Origin: an uncultured Holophaga sp.
GTDB taxonomy: Bacteria > Acidobacteriota > Holophagae > Holophagales > Holophagaceae
Direction of reading: 5' to 3'
NCBI GenBank assembly: GCA_963664825.1
Contig: OY761614.1
Span: 2,816,001 to 2,880,000, forward strand
Length of the DNA: 64,000 nt
This document shows positions 1 through 8,711 of this stretch, piece after piece (position 1 is the first letter of the stretch; each line of letters starts with the position of its first letter). The translations under genes and the position numbers were made by a program. The notes beneath the pieces are model-generated. The model had not been told where the DNA came from and searched no databases. It worked only from the letters and a program-made list of their open reading frames with translations.

Positions 1-585
1 CCAGGCCTCCCGCACCATCCAGCGCAGGAACATCCGCCAGCGCTTGCAGGCCGCCCCTTCCAGAGGGTCGGGCAGGGAAAACCTGAGCCCATGAGTGGCC
101 GGGAGTTCGAGCCGGAGCCGCTGGACAAGGGCCGAGAGCGCTTCGTCGGCCGAGCGCCCGGCACCCGGCAGGAGATCGTTTTCCATACCCTGGTGGCCAT
201 TGCCCTCGTCGAGACGCTTCCAGGCCAGGATCCAGGCGATCATGTCCTCCAGGGTGTGGAAGCGCCAGACCCAGTTCGGCAGGGCGGCCTGCATGGCCCT
301 CCGGATTTCCGCAGCATCCTTGGCGCGGAGCCAGGTGCTGGGCGAGGGCCCCAGGGGCCCCAGGAGGCTCCGGATGGCTCTCTGCATGGGGGCGACCCGG
401 CCATAGGCCAGATGGGCCGCGATCCAGGCGGCCACCTCCCGGTCCATGGGGTCGACGAAGGCGAGGGGGATGGCCAACGGATCGGCATCCAGGGCCCGGG
501 CCTCCTGGTATTTGACGGTCAGTGCTTCCAGGGAGGCTTGCAGGGCCTTGTGTCGGCGAGGGTCAGGAACGCTGGGTTTGCTCAT
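1..585 (-). CDS. TIGR02757/DUF2400 family protein (3' end runs off the window)
   Basis: Own translation from ATG at 585: MSKPSVPDPRRHKALQ...DPLAIP...DREVAAWIAAHLAYGRV...AACKRWRMFLRWMVR, matching the family's DP / LAYG / CKRxxMFLRWMVR motifs. Confidence 0.8.
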   Translation of the reverse strand, partial: MSKPSVPDPRRHKALQASLEALTVKYQEARALDADPLAIPLAFVDPMDREVAAWIAAHLAYGRVAPMQRAIRSLLGPLGPSPSTWLRAKDAAEIRRAMQAALPNWVWRFHTLEDMIAWILAWKRLDEGNGHQGMENDLLPGAGRSADEALSALVQRLRLELPATHGLRFSLPDPLEGAACKRWRMFLRWMVREAW

Positions 586-638
586 GTAAGGGGCCGTCCA
601 TCTTTGACGGAAGCCCCGGGGCTGGCCCTCCGATGCAC

Positions 639-1241
639 TCAGAATCGGGGAATTTTTACCCGCAGTCCATCCTCATCTACGCAAAGGGTGGCGTGGAGGG
701 CATTGCCTGCGTACAGGCTCCAGCGCGCGCTGATATCCCGGGGGCGCGTTTCCATTTCTGGCCGGAGGCTTTCGGGGATCACGGTCGTGTGGGGCCAAGT
801 CAATTGCCACTCCCTGGAATCGGCGCTGCTGAGGATCTCCAGGGATTCGCACTGGACGTAGGGAAGGACCTGCCGTGTGAGGGCCAGGGCATAGCTGCGG
901 AGGAGTTCCCCTGGCCAACGATCATCGGCGGATTCCCCCGCAAAGTGGACGTGGAAGTGGCGGCGGAAGAGGATGCCCAGGGGATTCAGCTGCTCCTCGA
1001 ACTGGTGCCGCCAGTCCTGCCCGGATTCCACCATGGATTCGGGCAGCGTGCCCATGGCCAGATGGCGGGAGCGATCCAAGGCCACCATGCCATCGGCGAT
1101 GACCGCGTCGAGGCGGGACTGGTCCCGGGGTGTCAGGGGCTGTTGGGGGTCGCTCAGCTCCAGGATGCCCCGGATGCCGCACAGCACATTGGCCAGGTCG
1201 TGGAGGGCCGATCTCATCAGGGCTTCTGAGGCGGGGTCCAT
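639..1241 (-). CDS. Hypothetical protein with HisKA-type H-box; putative histidine phosphotransferase
   Basis: 200 aa from ATG 1241; SALHDLANVLCGIRGILEL resembles an H-box; no N/G1/G2 ATP-binding boxes seen. Confidence 0.6.
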   Translation of the reverse strand: MDPASEALMRSALHDLANVLCGIRGILELSDPQQPLTPRDQSRLDAVIADGMVALDRSRHLAMGTLPESMVESGQDWRHQFEEQLNPLGILFRRHFHVHFAGESADDRWPGELLRSYALALTRQVLPYVQCESLEILSSADSREWQLTWPHTTVIPESLRPEMETRPRDISARWSLYAGNALHATLCVDEDGLRVKIPRF

Positions 1242-1320
1242 GGGAATCCTTAGCGTCTGGCGTCTAGCCGAGGTTAAATGTAGACTTCTTCCAATCGTAA
1301 TGCAGAAAGGTTCTTGCCCA

Positions 1321-2193
1321 ATGGCCTCGGAGACCAAGAAACTTGGAGAAATGCTGCTCGACGCGGGGCTGCTCGACGCCGCCCAGCTGTCGGAGGCCCT
1401 TCGCCACCAACGGATCGCCGGTGGGCGCATGGGCAGTAACCTCGTGGCCCTGGGCTTCGTGAGCGAGGAAGTCCTGATGGAATTCCTTGCCCACCAGACC
1501 GGCGTGCCCCGGCTGGATGTCCGGAATCTGGATGTGCCCGTCGAGGTGCTCAAGCGGATTCCCCGGCGCCTAGCGGACCAGTTAAACATCCTTCCCGTCA
1601 GCCTCCAGGAACCCAAGTCCTTGATGCTGGCCATGGCCGATCCCTCGGATCTGAATGCGATCGATAGCGCTCGTTTCGCTTCGGGGCTCAATATCGAACC
1701 GATGGTGGTGTCCTACTCCTCCCTCAAACTCGCCATCTCTGAGCAGTACCGGAAGTTGGAGACGCCAAGCGGCAGCGGCCCCATCGAGGTCGGCATGGGC
1801 CTGCCGCCCGAAAGCCTGGCCGTGCCCTTCGAAGTGCCCCCCCAGGCCGATCCCCGGGCGACCCACCCTCCGGTGGCGAAGTACGCGAGAGACCCCTTCT
1901 TCGACGATATGTCAGCCTCAGGGGAACCCAATCCCTTCGGGTTTTTCGCCTCCGATGCCGCGGAGACCCTGGATTCCCCCCTCCCGCCGGCGCGGATGAT
2001 GCCGGATTCACCCATGGTCATCCACGCCCGTTCCGCCGGTGCCCAGCAATCCCGGCGCCTGGAAACCTTCCAGACCCGGACGCTGGTGTTCGGGGTCATC
2101 AAGATGCTTCAGCGCCGGGGCATCCTCGGAGATGATGAGCTCCAGCGCTTCATCACGAACCTGTTGGAAGCCGGTGAACTCAAGGACGAGTGA
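1321..2193 (+). CDS. Stand-alone GspE/PilB N-terminal (MshEN/T2SSE_N) domain protein
   Basis: KLGEMLLDAGLLDAAQLSEALRHQ...RMGSNLVALG and LAMADP motifs; no Walker A. Confidence 0.8.
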   Translation: MASETKKLGEMLLDAGLLDAAQLSEALRHQRIAGGRMGSNLVALGFVSEEVLMEFLAHQTGVPRLDVRNLDVPVEVLKRIPRRLADQLNILPVSLQEPKSLMLAMADPSDLNAIDSARFASGLNIEPMVVSYSSLKLAISEQYRKLETPSGSGPIEVGMGLPPESLAVPFEVPPQADPRATHPPVAKYARDPFFDDMSASGEPNPFGFFASDAAETLDSPLPPARMMPDSPMVIHARSAGAQQSRRLETFQTRTLVFGVIKMLQRRGILGDDELQRFITNLLEAGELKDE

Positions 2194-2368
2194 TGATGCC
2201 TTTGGCCAGCCGTTGATCCCGTTGCTTGGCCGGGCAGGTCTTGGACGAGCAGTTCCCGCAGCCTGAGGCGCATTTGCCCTTTCCCCGAAGCTCGGCGGCA
2301 GTGGAACGGACGAAATAGATCAATGCGGCGCCGACGGCGATCAGGGCGATCCAGGTCTGAAGGGTCAT
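2180..2368 (-). CDS. FeoB-associated Cys-rich membrane protein
   Basis: 62 aa, N-terminal TM helix, CASGCGNC..C motif, directly after feoB. Confidence 0.8.
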   Translation of the reverse strand: MTLQTWIALIAVGAALIYFVRSTAAELRGKGKCASGCGNCSSKTCPAKQRDQRLAKGIITRP

Positions 2369-2371
2369 GGC

Positions 2372-4597
2372 TCACGCATAGCCGAGGATTCGGCCCACAT
2401 GGAGGGTGGCCCAGGCCAGGAGCCAGCCTAGCCCCAGTCCGTAGGCGATCGAGAAGGAGGTCCAGGCCCAGCTTCGGGTCTCCTTGAGGATCATGCCCAC
2501 CGTGCCCAGGCAGGGGGTGTAGATCAGCGTGAAGACCATGAAGGCCAGGGCCGTGAGGGGAGTCATCCCGGAACGGTGGCGCAGGGTCTCCTGGAGGGGA
2601 CTCAGGGTGGCGCCCTCCCCGGGTTTCTCGGCCTGGGCCTGGTGCACGACGGCCATGGTGCCCACCACGATTTCCTTGGCGACGAAACCGGCTGTGAGGG
2701 CCACGCCATCCTTCCAGGCCTCCGGGCGGGTGTGGTCGGGGTCGAGAATGGGCGCCAGGGTGGGCTGGAGGAGCTTCCCGAAGCGGGCCGCCAGGCTGGA
2801 ATTCATGACACGGCTCTCATGCTGGAGTTCGATGGCTTCGAGTCGGGTGGCCTCTTCCCCGGGGCTGAGCTTCTGCGCCCGGACAGCGAGCTCCTGCTGC
2901 AGCCGTTCCGCGGTCCACTGCCGGTTGGCGATGCCAGGGTAGTGGGACAGGAACCAGACCAGCGTGGCCCCCGCCAGGATCACGGTGCCGGCCCGGGACA
3001 GGAAGATGCGTCCCCTCTCCCACATGTGGATGAGGGTGCTCTTGAAGACGGGCAGGCGATAGGGGGGCAGCTCCATCACGAAGGGGGCGTTCTCTCCCCT
3101 GAAGAGGGTGAGCCGGAGCAGCTTGCCCATGAGCATGGCCAGTCCGAAGCCCAGGAAGTGCATGGCCAGGATGGCGAAGGCCGCCTGGATGGGAGGGAAG
3201 AAGGTGCCCGCGATGAGGATGTAGACCTGGAGCCGGGCCGAACACGAGATCAGGGGGCTCACCAGGATGGTAATGAAGCGATCCGTGTGGCTTTCGATGG
3301 TGCGTGTGGCCTGCACCGCCGGCACATTGCAGCCCGTGCCCATGATGAGAGGAATGAAGCTCTTCCCATGGAGGCCCATGAGGTGCATCAGGCGATCCAT
3401 GATGAAGGCGGCTCGGGCCATGTAGCCGGAGTCTTCCAGGAAGGCGATGCAGCCCATGAGTAGCATGATGACGGGCACGAAGACCACCACGGCGCCCACG
3501 CCGGGAATGATGCCATCCACCAGCAAGCTGGCCAGTTCCCCCGGGGGGCAGTGGGAGGAGGCCCATTGATGAAGATGGCTGAAGCCCGCCGCGATCCAGT
3601 CCTGGGGATACTTGCCCAGGAGGAAGGTGAGCGCGTAGACCCCCACCATGATGGCCAGGAAGATGGGGATGCCCAGCCAGCGGTTCGTCAGCAGCTTGTC
3701 GAGGCGATCGGTCGTGGTGCGATGACCATTTCCCGTCTCCCGCAGGGCCTCCTTCACGAGCCCATGGGCGAATCCATAGCGCCGCTCCGCCAGCAGGGTG
3801 GCGCCGTCGGCTCCCAGGTGCTTTTCCAGGAAGGCGAGGCTCTGCTCGAGCTGAACGCGGATGGCGGCCTGGGCGTGGCTCTGGGCCACGAGGGATTCGG
3901 CCTCGGGGGCGTGTTCGAGGAGCTCCAGGGCCAGTCGACGGGGGGCGTATTCCCGGGCGAGGCACTCGTCCCGGGCGACTTCGCGCTCCAGTTTGGCGAG
4001 TTCCCGGTCAATGTCCTCGCCGTAGGCCACCGCGATGGGGCGCCGGGTGGGCTCCTGGGCCGAGGCCACCCGGAGGATGGCCTCCTTGAGCTCCTGCATG
4101 CCATCCTCGCGGTTGCCCACCGTGGGGATGACGGGCCCTCCTAGTAGGGCGGAGAGGGCCTTCAGATCGATCTTGGTGCCGCGGCGCTCGGCGTCGTCCA
4201 TCATGTTCAGGGCGAACACGATGGGGCGCTGAAGTTCGAGGAGCTGGGTGGTGAGGTAGAGATTGCGCTCCAGGTTCGAGGCGTCCAGCACGTTCACGAT
4301 GACATCGACCTCGGGGGCGGCGAGATAGCGCGCCGCGATCCGCTCGTCTTCGCTCTGGGCCGACAGGGAATAGGTGCCCGGTAGATCCACCACCTCCACA
4401 ACGAGGGCGCCCATCTGGCTCAGGCCGCTGCGGCGTTCCACGGTCACCCCAGGCCAGTTGCCGACGTGGTGCCGGGATCCGGTCAGGGCGTTGAAGATGG
4501 AGGTCTTGCCGCAGTTGGGATTGCCCGCCAGGGCGATGACGAGGGGGCCCTGGGAAAGGTCTCCCTCGGTTTCGGGCGTTGCGGGATGGCTCGCCAT
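2372..4597 (-). CDS. feoB: Ferrous iron transporter B
   Basis: GNPNCGKT, VGNWPGVTVE, DLPGTYSL GTPase motifs; LEDSGYMAR and GCNVPA membrane motifs; start overlaps feoA stop. Confidence 0.97.
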   Translation of the reverse strand: MASHPATPETEGDLSQGPLVIALAGNPNCGKTSIFNALTGSRHHVGNWPGVTVERRSGLSQMGALVVEVVDLPGTYSLSAQSEDERIAARYLAAPEVDVIVNVLDASNLERNLYLTTQLLELQRPIVFALNMMDDAERRGTKIDLKALSALLGGPVIPTVGNREDGMQELKEAILRVASAQEPTRRPIAVAYGEDIDRELAKLEREVARDECLAREYAPRRLALELLEHAPEAESLVAQSHAQAAIRVQLEQSLAFLEKHLGADGATLLAERRYGFAHGLVKEALRETGNGHRTTTDRLDKLLTNRWLGIPIFLAIMVGVYALTFLLGKYPQDWIAAGFSHLHQWASSHCPPGELASLLVDGIIPGVGAVVVFVPVIMLLMGCIAFLEDSGYMARAAFIMDRLMHLMGLHGKSFIPLIMGTGCNVPAVQATRTIESHTDRFITILVSPLISCSARLQVYILIAGTFFPPIQAAFAILAMHFLGFGLAMLMGKLLRLTLFRGENAPFVMELPPYRLPVFKSTLIHMWERGRIFLSRAGTVILAGATLVWFLSHYPGIANRQWTAERLQQELAVRAQKLSPGEEATRLEAIELQHESRVMNSSLAARFGKLLQPTLAPILDPDHTRPEAWKDGVALTAGFVAKEIVVGTMAVVHQAQAEKPGEGATLSPLQETLRHRSGMTPLTALAFMVFTLIYTPCLGTVGMILKETRSWAWTSFSIAYGLGLGWLLAWATLHVGRILGYA

Positions 4598-4842
4598 CAG
4601 TCCTTCTCCACCAGGATGCACTCGCCTTCCTCCCGCCTGAGCGAGAGGTGGTAGCCCTTGATGACCAGTTCCATGGGATCCCCGAGGGGGGCGAGTTTTT
4701 CGATTTTCAGAAGCGCGCCCCGGATGAATCCCATTTCCAGGAGCCGTTGCCGGACCGGGCCCAGGGCCAGGACCCGCAGGACTGTGGCCTCCTCTCCTGG
4801 ATGCAGGTCACTCAATCGTATGGGGTTATCTTGAGACGCCAT
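4597..4842 (-). CDS. feoA: Ferrous iron transport protein A
   Basis: RQRLLEMGFIRG...APLGDP...LSLRREE. Confidence 0.95.
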   Translation of the reverse strand: MASQDNPIRLSDLHPGEEATVLRVLALGPVRQRLLEMGFIRGALLKIEKLAPLGDPMELVIKGYHLSLRREEGECILVEKD

Positions 4843-4847
4843 CTCAA
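4831..4847. promoter_or_regulatory. Candidate Fur-type operator over the feoA start
   Basis: Palindrome TTGAGA-N5-TCTCAA with Fur-box spacing at the start of an iron-uptake operon. Confidence 0.45.
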
Positions 4848-4947
4848 CTCCATTTTGAGTCTAACGTCCAACCCGAGAATGGCAAGGCATGGTCCTGAGA
4901 CCTGTGTCACATTTGGTCCAGCTACAATGCAATCATCGCTGGATCCA

Positions 4948-5523
4948 ATGCTTATAACTCTGCCCAATATCCTGACGCTCCTGCGCATCCTTGCGGTGCC
5001 CTTCTTCGCCATCGCCCTCTGGTATGGGCATGCGATGGAGGCTTGTCTCATCTTCGTCGGGGCCGGGTTCACGGATCTGCTGGACGGGTTCATCGCCCGG
5101 CGCTTCAACCAGAGTTCCGAGCTGGGGGCGATCCTGGACCCGGCTGCCGACAAGCTGCTGATGACTACCGCCTTCGTTCTCATGGCGCTGCCGGGAACGC
5201 GCCTGGTGGCCCGCATTCCGGCCTGGGTCTCCATCCTGGCCATCTCCCGGGATGCCATCCTGTCGCTGGTGGCCGTCCTAGCCTTCGATCGCCTGGGGAG
5301 GGAACGCCTGAAGCCGACCCTGCTGGGGAAAGTCACGACGGCCACGGAGCTGGGAGCCATCTCCCTCGGGCTCCTGATCAACGCCATCGGCCTGCGTGGC
5401 TGGACGGCCTGGGTGATCCCTTGGGTCTACTACCTGGTGGCCGGGCTCGTGCTCGCCTCGGGGTTGCACTACTTCTTCCGTGCCACACAACCCAGGTCCG
5501 GATGCCCTAAGCCCAGGGCATGA
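4948..5523 (+). CDS. CDP-alcohol phosphatidyltransferase (PgsA/cardiolipin synthase-like)
   Basis: PNILTLLRI; TDLLDGFIARRFNQSSELGAILDPAADK signature. Confidence 0.9.
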   Translation: MLITLPNILTLLRILAVPFFAIALWYGHAMEACLIFVGAGFTDLLDGFIARRFNQSSELGAILDPAADKLLMTTAFVLMALPGTRLVARIPAWVSILAISRDAILSLVAVLAFDRLGRERLKPTLLGKVTTATELGAISLGLLINAIGLRGWTAWVIPWVYYLVAGLVLASGLHYFFRATQPRSGCPKPRA

Positions 5524-5565
5524 TGGAAGAGGGGCTTGGCCTGGCCTGGAAGGAGCTTGTGAATC

Positions 5566-6123
5566 GTGACGAAAAGAGCAGCGCTGTTCATCGATCGGGA
5601 CGGGACCCTCGTGGAGGAGGTGGACTATCTCCATCGTCCCGAAGAGACCGTGCTGACGCGGAAGGCCGGTCCAGCCATTGCGGCGCTGAATGGGCGAGGC
5701 ATTCCCGTTCTCGTCATCACCAACCAAGCGGGCATCGGGAAGGGGATGTTCGGCTGGAAGGACTACGAGGCCGTGATGCAGCGTCTGGGTGAACTCCTGT
5801 CGGTCTGGGACGCGCATATCGATGAGGCCTACGTCTGTCCCTTCCACCCCGAAGCCCTGGACGACTATCGCTACGAGAACCACCCTGAGCGCAAACCCAA
5901 TCCCGGCATGCTCCTGAAGGCCGCCGAAGAACACGGCATTGATCTGGCGCGGTCCTGGATGATCGGGGACAAAGCCATCGACCTGGAAGCGGGGCGGAAC
6001 GCCGGATGTCGGGTGGCCCTGGTGCGCACGGGCTATGGCAGCAAGGTCGATCCGGCCCTCGCCGATCTCGTGGCGGAGGATCTCGCGGAGGCCATCGAGG
6101 GGATCCTGGCCACATGGTCCTGA
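5566..6123 (+). CDS. gmhB: HAD-IIIA phosphatase, heptose-1,7-bisphosphate phosphatase-like
   Basis: FIDRDGTL, ITNQAGI, CPFHP, RKPNPGM, MIGDK. Confidence 0.8.
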   Translation: MTKRAALFIDRDGTLVEEVDYLHRPEETVLTRKAGPAIAALNGRGIPVLVITNQAGIGKGMFGWKDYEAVMQRLGELLSVWDAHIDEAYVCPFHPEALDDYRYENHPERKPNPGMLLKAAEEHGIDLARSWMIGDKAIDLEAGRNAGCRVALVRTGYGSKVDPALADLVAEDLAEAIEGILATWS

Positions 6124-6860
6124 TCGAGAAACGGAATCTTGTACCCGGGCGGATTGTGAAGCGCTACAAGCGCTTCCTGGCAGATGTGGAGCTGGAGGAT
6201 GGCCGCCTCGTAGTGGCCCATTGCACCAACACGGGCGCCATGAGCACCTGCTGGGAACCCGGGGATTTTGTGCTCCTGGAACCCGCCGCCAACCCGGATC
6301 GCAAGCTCAAATACACCTGGATCGCCTGCCGCCGGGAGGGCACCTGGATCGGCGTGGAGACCGGGCTTCCCAACAAAGTGGTGGCCGAGGCCGCGCGCCG
6401 GGATGCTCTGCCGGGATTGCCCGGACTGCGGGAGGTCCGCACGGAAGTGAAATACGGCGCCGAAAACAGCCGGGTCGATGTCTGGGCCCTGGATGCCGAG
6501 GGCCGCCAGGCCTACATCGAGGTGAAGAATACGACCCTGAAGATCCTGGACCTGGCCTGCTTTCCGGATGCCGTCACCCAGCGAGGCCTCAAACATCTTC
6601 GGGAGCTGCAGGGGATGGTGCGCGCCGGGCACCGCGCCGCCATTGCCTTCTTCGTGCACCGGCAGGACGTGTCGGCCTTCGACGCGGCCTGGGAGATCGA
6701 TCCCGCATACGCCCAGGAGCTGGATGCCGCCATCCAGGGCGGTGTCGAACTGCTCGCCCTCCAGGCGCGGATGGAAGCCGGGGAGGGAAAGTCCGGGGAA
6801 TGGAGCCTCTCGTGGAGTTTGGATGGGCTGCTGCCCTGGGTCCAGCGGGCCAGGTTGTGA
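6114..6860 (+). CDS. sfsA: DNA/RNA nuclease SfsA
   Basis: RYKRFLADV, HCTNTGAM, IEVKNTTL, FPDAVTQRGLKHLREL. Confidence 0.95.
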   Translation: MVLIEKRNLVPGRIVKRYKRFLADVELEDGRLVVAHCTNTGAMSTCWEPGDFVLLEPAANPDRKLKYTWIACRREGTWIGVETGLPNKVVAEAARRDALPGLPGLREVRTEVKYGAENSRVDVWALDAEGRQAYIEVKNTTLKILDLACFPDAVTQRGLKHLRELQGMVRAGHRAAIAFFVHRQDVSAFDAAWEIDPAYAQELDAAIQGGVELLALQARMEAGEGKSGEWSLSWSLDGLLPWVQRARL

Positions 6861-6939
6861 CCAATCTCAAGAGGGGGTTTGCCATGGGTGTGAACTAGAA
6901 TCAAAGCATTTCGTAATCCAATCCTCTTGGGAGAACGCC

Positions 6940-8205
6940 ATGGCCAGCGCAAAGAAGCAGACACCTCTGTTCGATTGGCATAAGGCGCACGGAGCCAATA
7001 TCGTCGAATTTGGCGACTACCTCATGCCCGTTTGGTACGCCAGTGCCCGCGCCGAACACCTGGCGGTCGTTTCCCAGGCTGGGCTCTTCGATACGAGTCA
7101 CATGGCGGCTCTGCGGGTGTTCGGGGCGGACGCCTTCGAGGTGCTGCAGTGGTGCTTCACACGCAACCTGAACGCCTGCGTGGGCAAGGACAACGCGCCC
7201 CTGGTCGACGGCAAGTGCGTGTATGGCCTGTTCCTCGACGAGCACGGCCACGCCATCGACGATAGCCTCGTCTACAAGCTCCAGGACGGGGAATACATGG
7301 TCGTGGTCAATGCGGGCATGGGCGGCGCCATCGCTGCGCACCTAGTCCAGCAGGCCAAGGGTCGGGATCTTAAGGTGATCGACCTCACCGATAAGCTTGG
7401 CAAGATCGATATCCAGGGGCCGGCCTCCATCAAGATCATGGCCAAGCTCCTGAAGAACCCCGAGGTCGTCTTCGATAAGCTCCCCTACTTCTCGGCCAAG
7501 GGCCACTTCGATCCCGCCTCCAAGCTGGCCGGGCAGGTGCAGTTGTTGGACGGCACGCCGGTGCTGCTATCCCGTTCGGGCTACACCGGCGAGGTGGGCT
7601 TCGAACTCTTCGTGGAGCGGACTCATACCGTGAAGCTGTGGGAAGCGATCCTGGAAGCGGGAGAAGCCTTCGGCCTGACGGCCTGCGGCCTGGCGGCTCG
7701 CGATTCCCTGCGGGCGGGAGCCGTGTTGCCGCTCTCCCATCAGGACATCGGACACTGGCCCTGCATCCGCAACCCCTGGCCCTTCGCCCTGCCCATGGCC
7801 TCCGATAGCGTCAGCTTTACGAAGAAGTTCCTCGGTTCCGAGGCTCTGGAGAAGGCGACGGACGCGGCCTATACCCTGACTTTCGTCGGGCACGATCTCC
7901 GGAAGGTGGATGCCCACGAGGCCCGGGTTTATCTGGATGGCCAGGAGATCGGGACCGTCCTGACCTGCGTCACCGATATGGCCATCGGGCGCTTCGAAGG
8001 CAAGATCTATAGCCTTGCCTCCCAGGACAAGCCCGAGGGGCTGGCCATCAAGGGCCTCTGCTGCGGCTTCATCAAGGTCGGATCCCAGTTGGCCCCCGGC
8101 ACCGCCGTGGAGATCAGGGATGGCAAGCGCGCCATCCAGGTGCTCATCGAGACCGATGTCCGGCCTGCCCGCACGGCCCGCAAGGCGCTGAAGACCTTCC
8201 TGTGA
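6940..8205 (+). CDS. gcvT: Glycine cleavage T-protein family aminomethyltransferase
   Basis: EHLAV...GLFDTSHM, VVNAG, SRSGYTGEVGFEL, GLAARDSLR; next to gcvH. Confidence 0.85.
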   Translation: MASAKKQTPLFDWHKAHGANIVEFGDYLMPVWYASARAEHLAVVSQAGLFDTSHMAALRVFGADAFEVLQWCFTRNLNACVGKDNAPLVDGKCVYGLFLDEHGHAIDDSLVYKLQDGEYMVVVNAGMGGAIAAHLVQQAKGRDLKVIDLTDKLGKIDIQGPASIKIMAKLLKNPEVVFDKLPYFSAKGHFDPASKLAGQVQLLDGTPVLLSRSGYTGEVGFELFVERTHTVKLWEAILEAGEAFGLTACGLAARDSLRAGAVLPLSHQDIGHWPCIRNPWPFALPMASDSVSFTKKFLGSEALEKATDAAYTLTFVGHDLRKVDAHEARVYLDGQEIGTVLTCVTDMAIGRFEGKIYSLASQDKPEGLAIKGLCCGFIKVGSQLAPGTAVEIRDGKRAIQVLIETDVRPARTARKALKTFL

Positions 8206-8324
8206 TTTCCCAAAACCCCTCTCGGTAGCTCCTCTACCGAGCGCTGAACCGGCGGGCGTCTGCTCCCTTTGACCCCGTCTCGCCCAAGTCCTACTACACT
8301 GATCCCATCCCCTGTGGAGGCTCC

Positions 8325-8711
8325 ATGTATCCTGCCGACTGCAAGTACACCAAGAACCACGAATATCTGAAGCCCCTGGGGGATGGAACGGCCCTCATCG
8401 GCATCACTCATTACGCCCAGGAAGCCCTGGGCGATGTGGTGTTCGTCCAGCTCCCGGAAGTCGGGACGGCCCTGGCCACAGGCGACGAGTTCGGCACGGT
8501 GGAATCCGTGAAGACGGTTTCCGAATGCTACCTGCCCTCCGGCGGCGAGGTGGTGGCCGTCAATGACGAACTGGAGGCCCATCCCGAGTTCGTGAACGAG
8601 GATGCCTATGGCAAGGGCTGGATGCTGAAGATCAAACTGGTTGGCGATATCAATCCCGAACTCCTGGATGCCAAGGCCTACGAGGCCCATGTGGCCAGCG
8701 AGGCGCACTGA
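8325..8711 (+). CDS. gcvH: Glycine cleavage H protein
   Basis: YTKNHEY, GITHYAQEALGDVVFV, VESVK lipoyl-lysine motif. Confidence 0.97.
   Translation: MYPADCKYTKNHEYLKPLGDGTALIGITHYAQEALGDVVFVQLPEVGTALATGDEFGTVESVKTVSECYLPSGGEVVAVNDELEAHPEFVNEDAYGKGWMLKIKLVGDINPELLDAKAYEAHVASEAH

Noticed and set aside
6861..6939. Possible glycine riboswitch before gcvT
   Set aside because: The gap is only ~80 nt and I see no convincing aptamer consensus; just a CAAGAGG/CCTCTTG pairing
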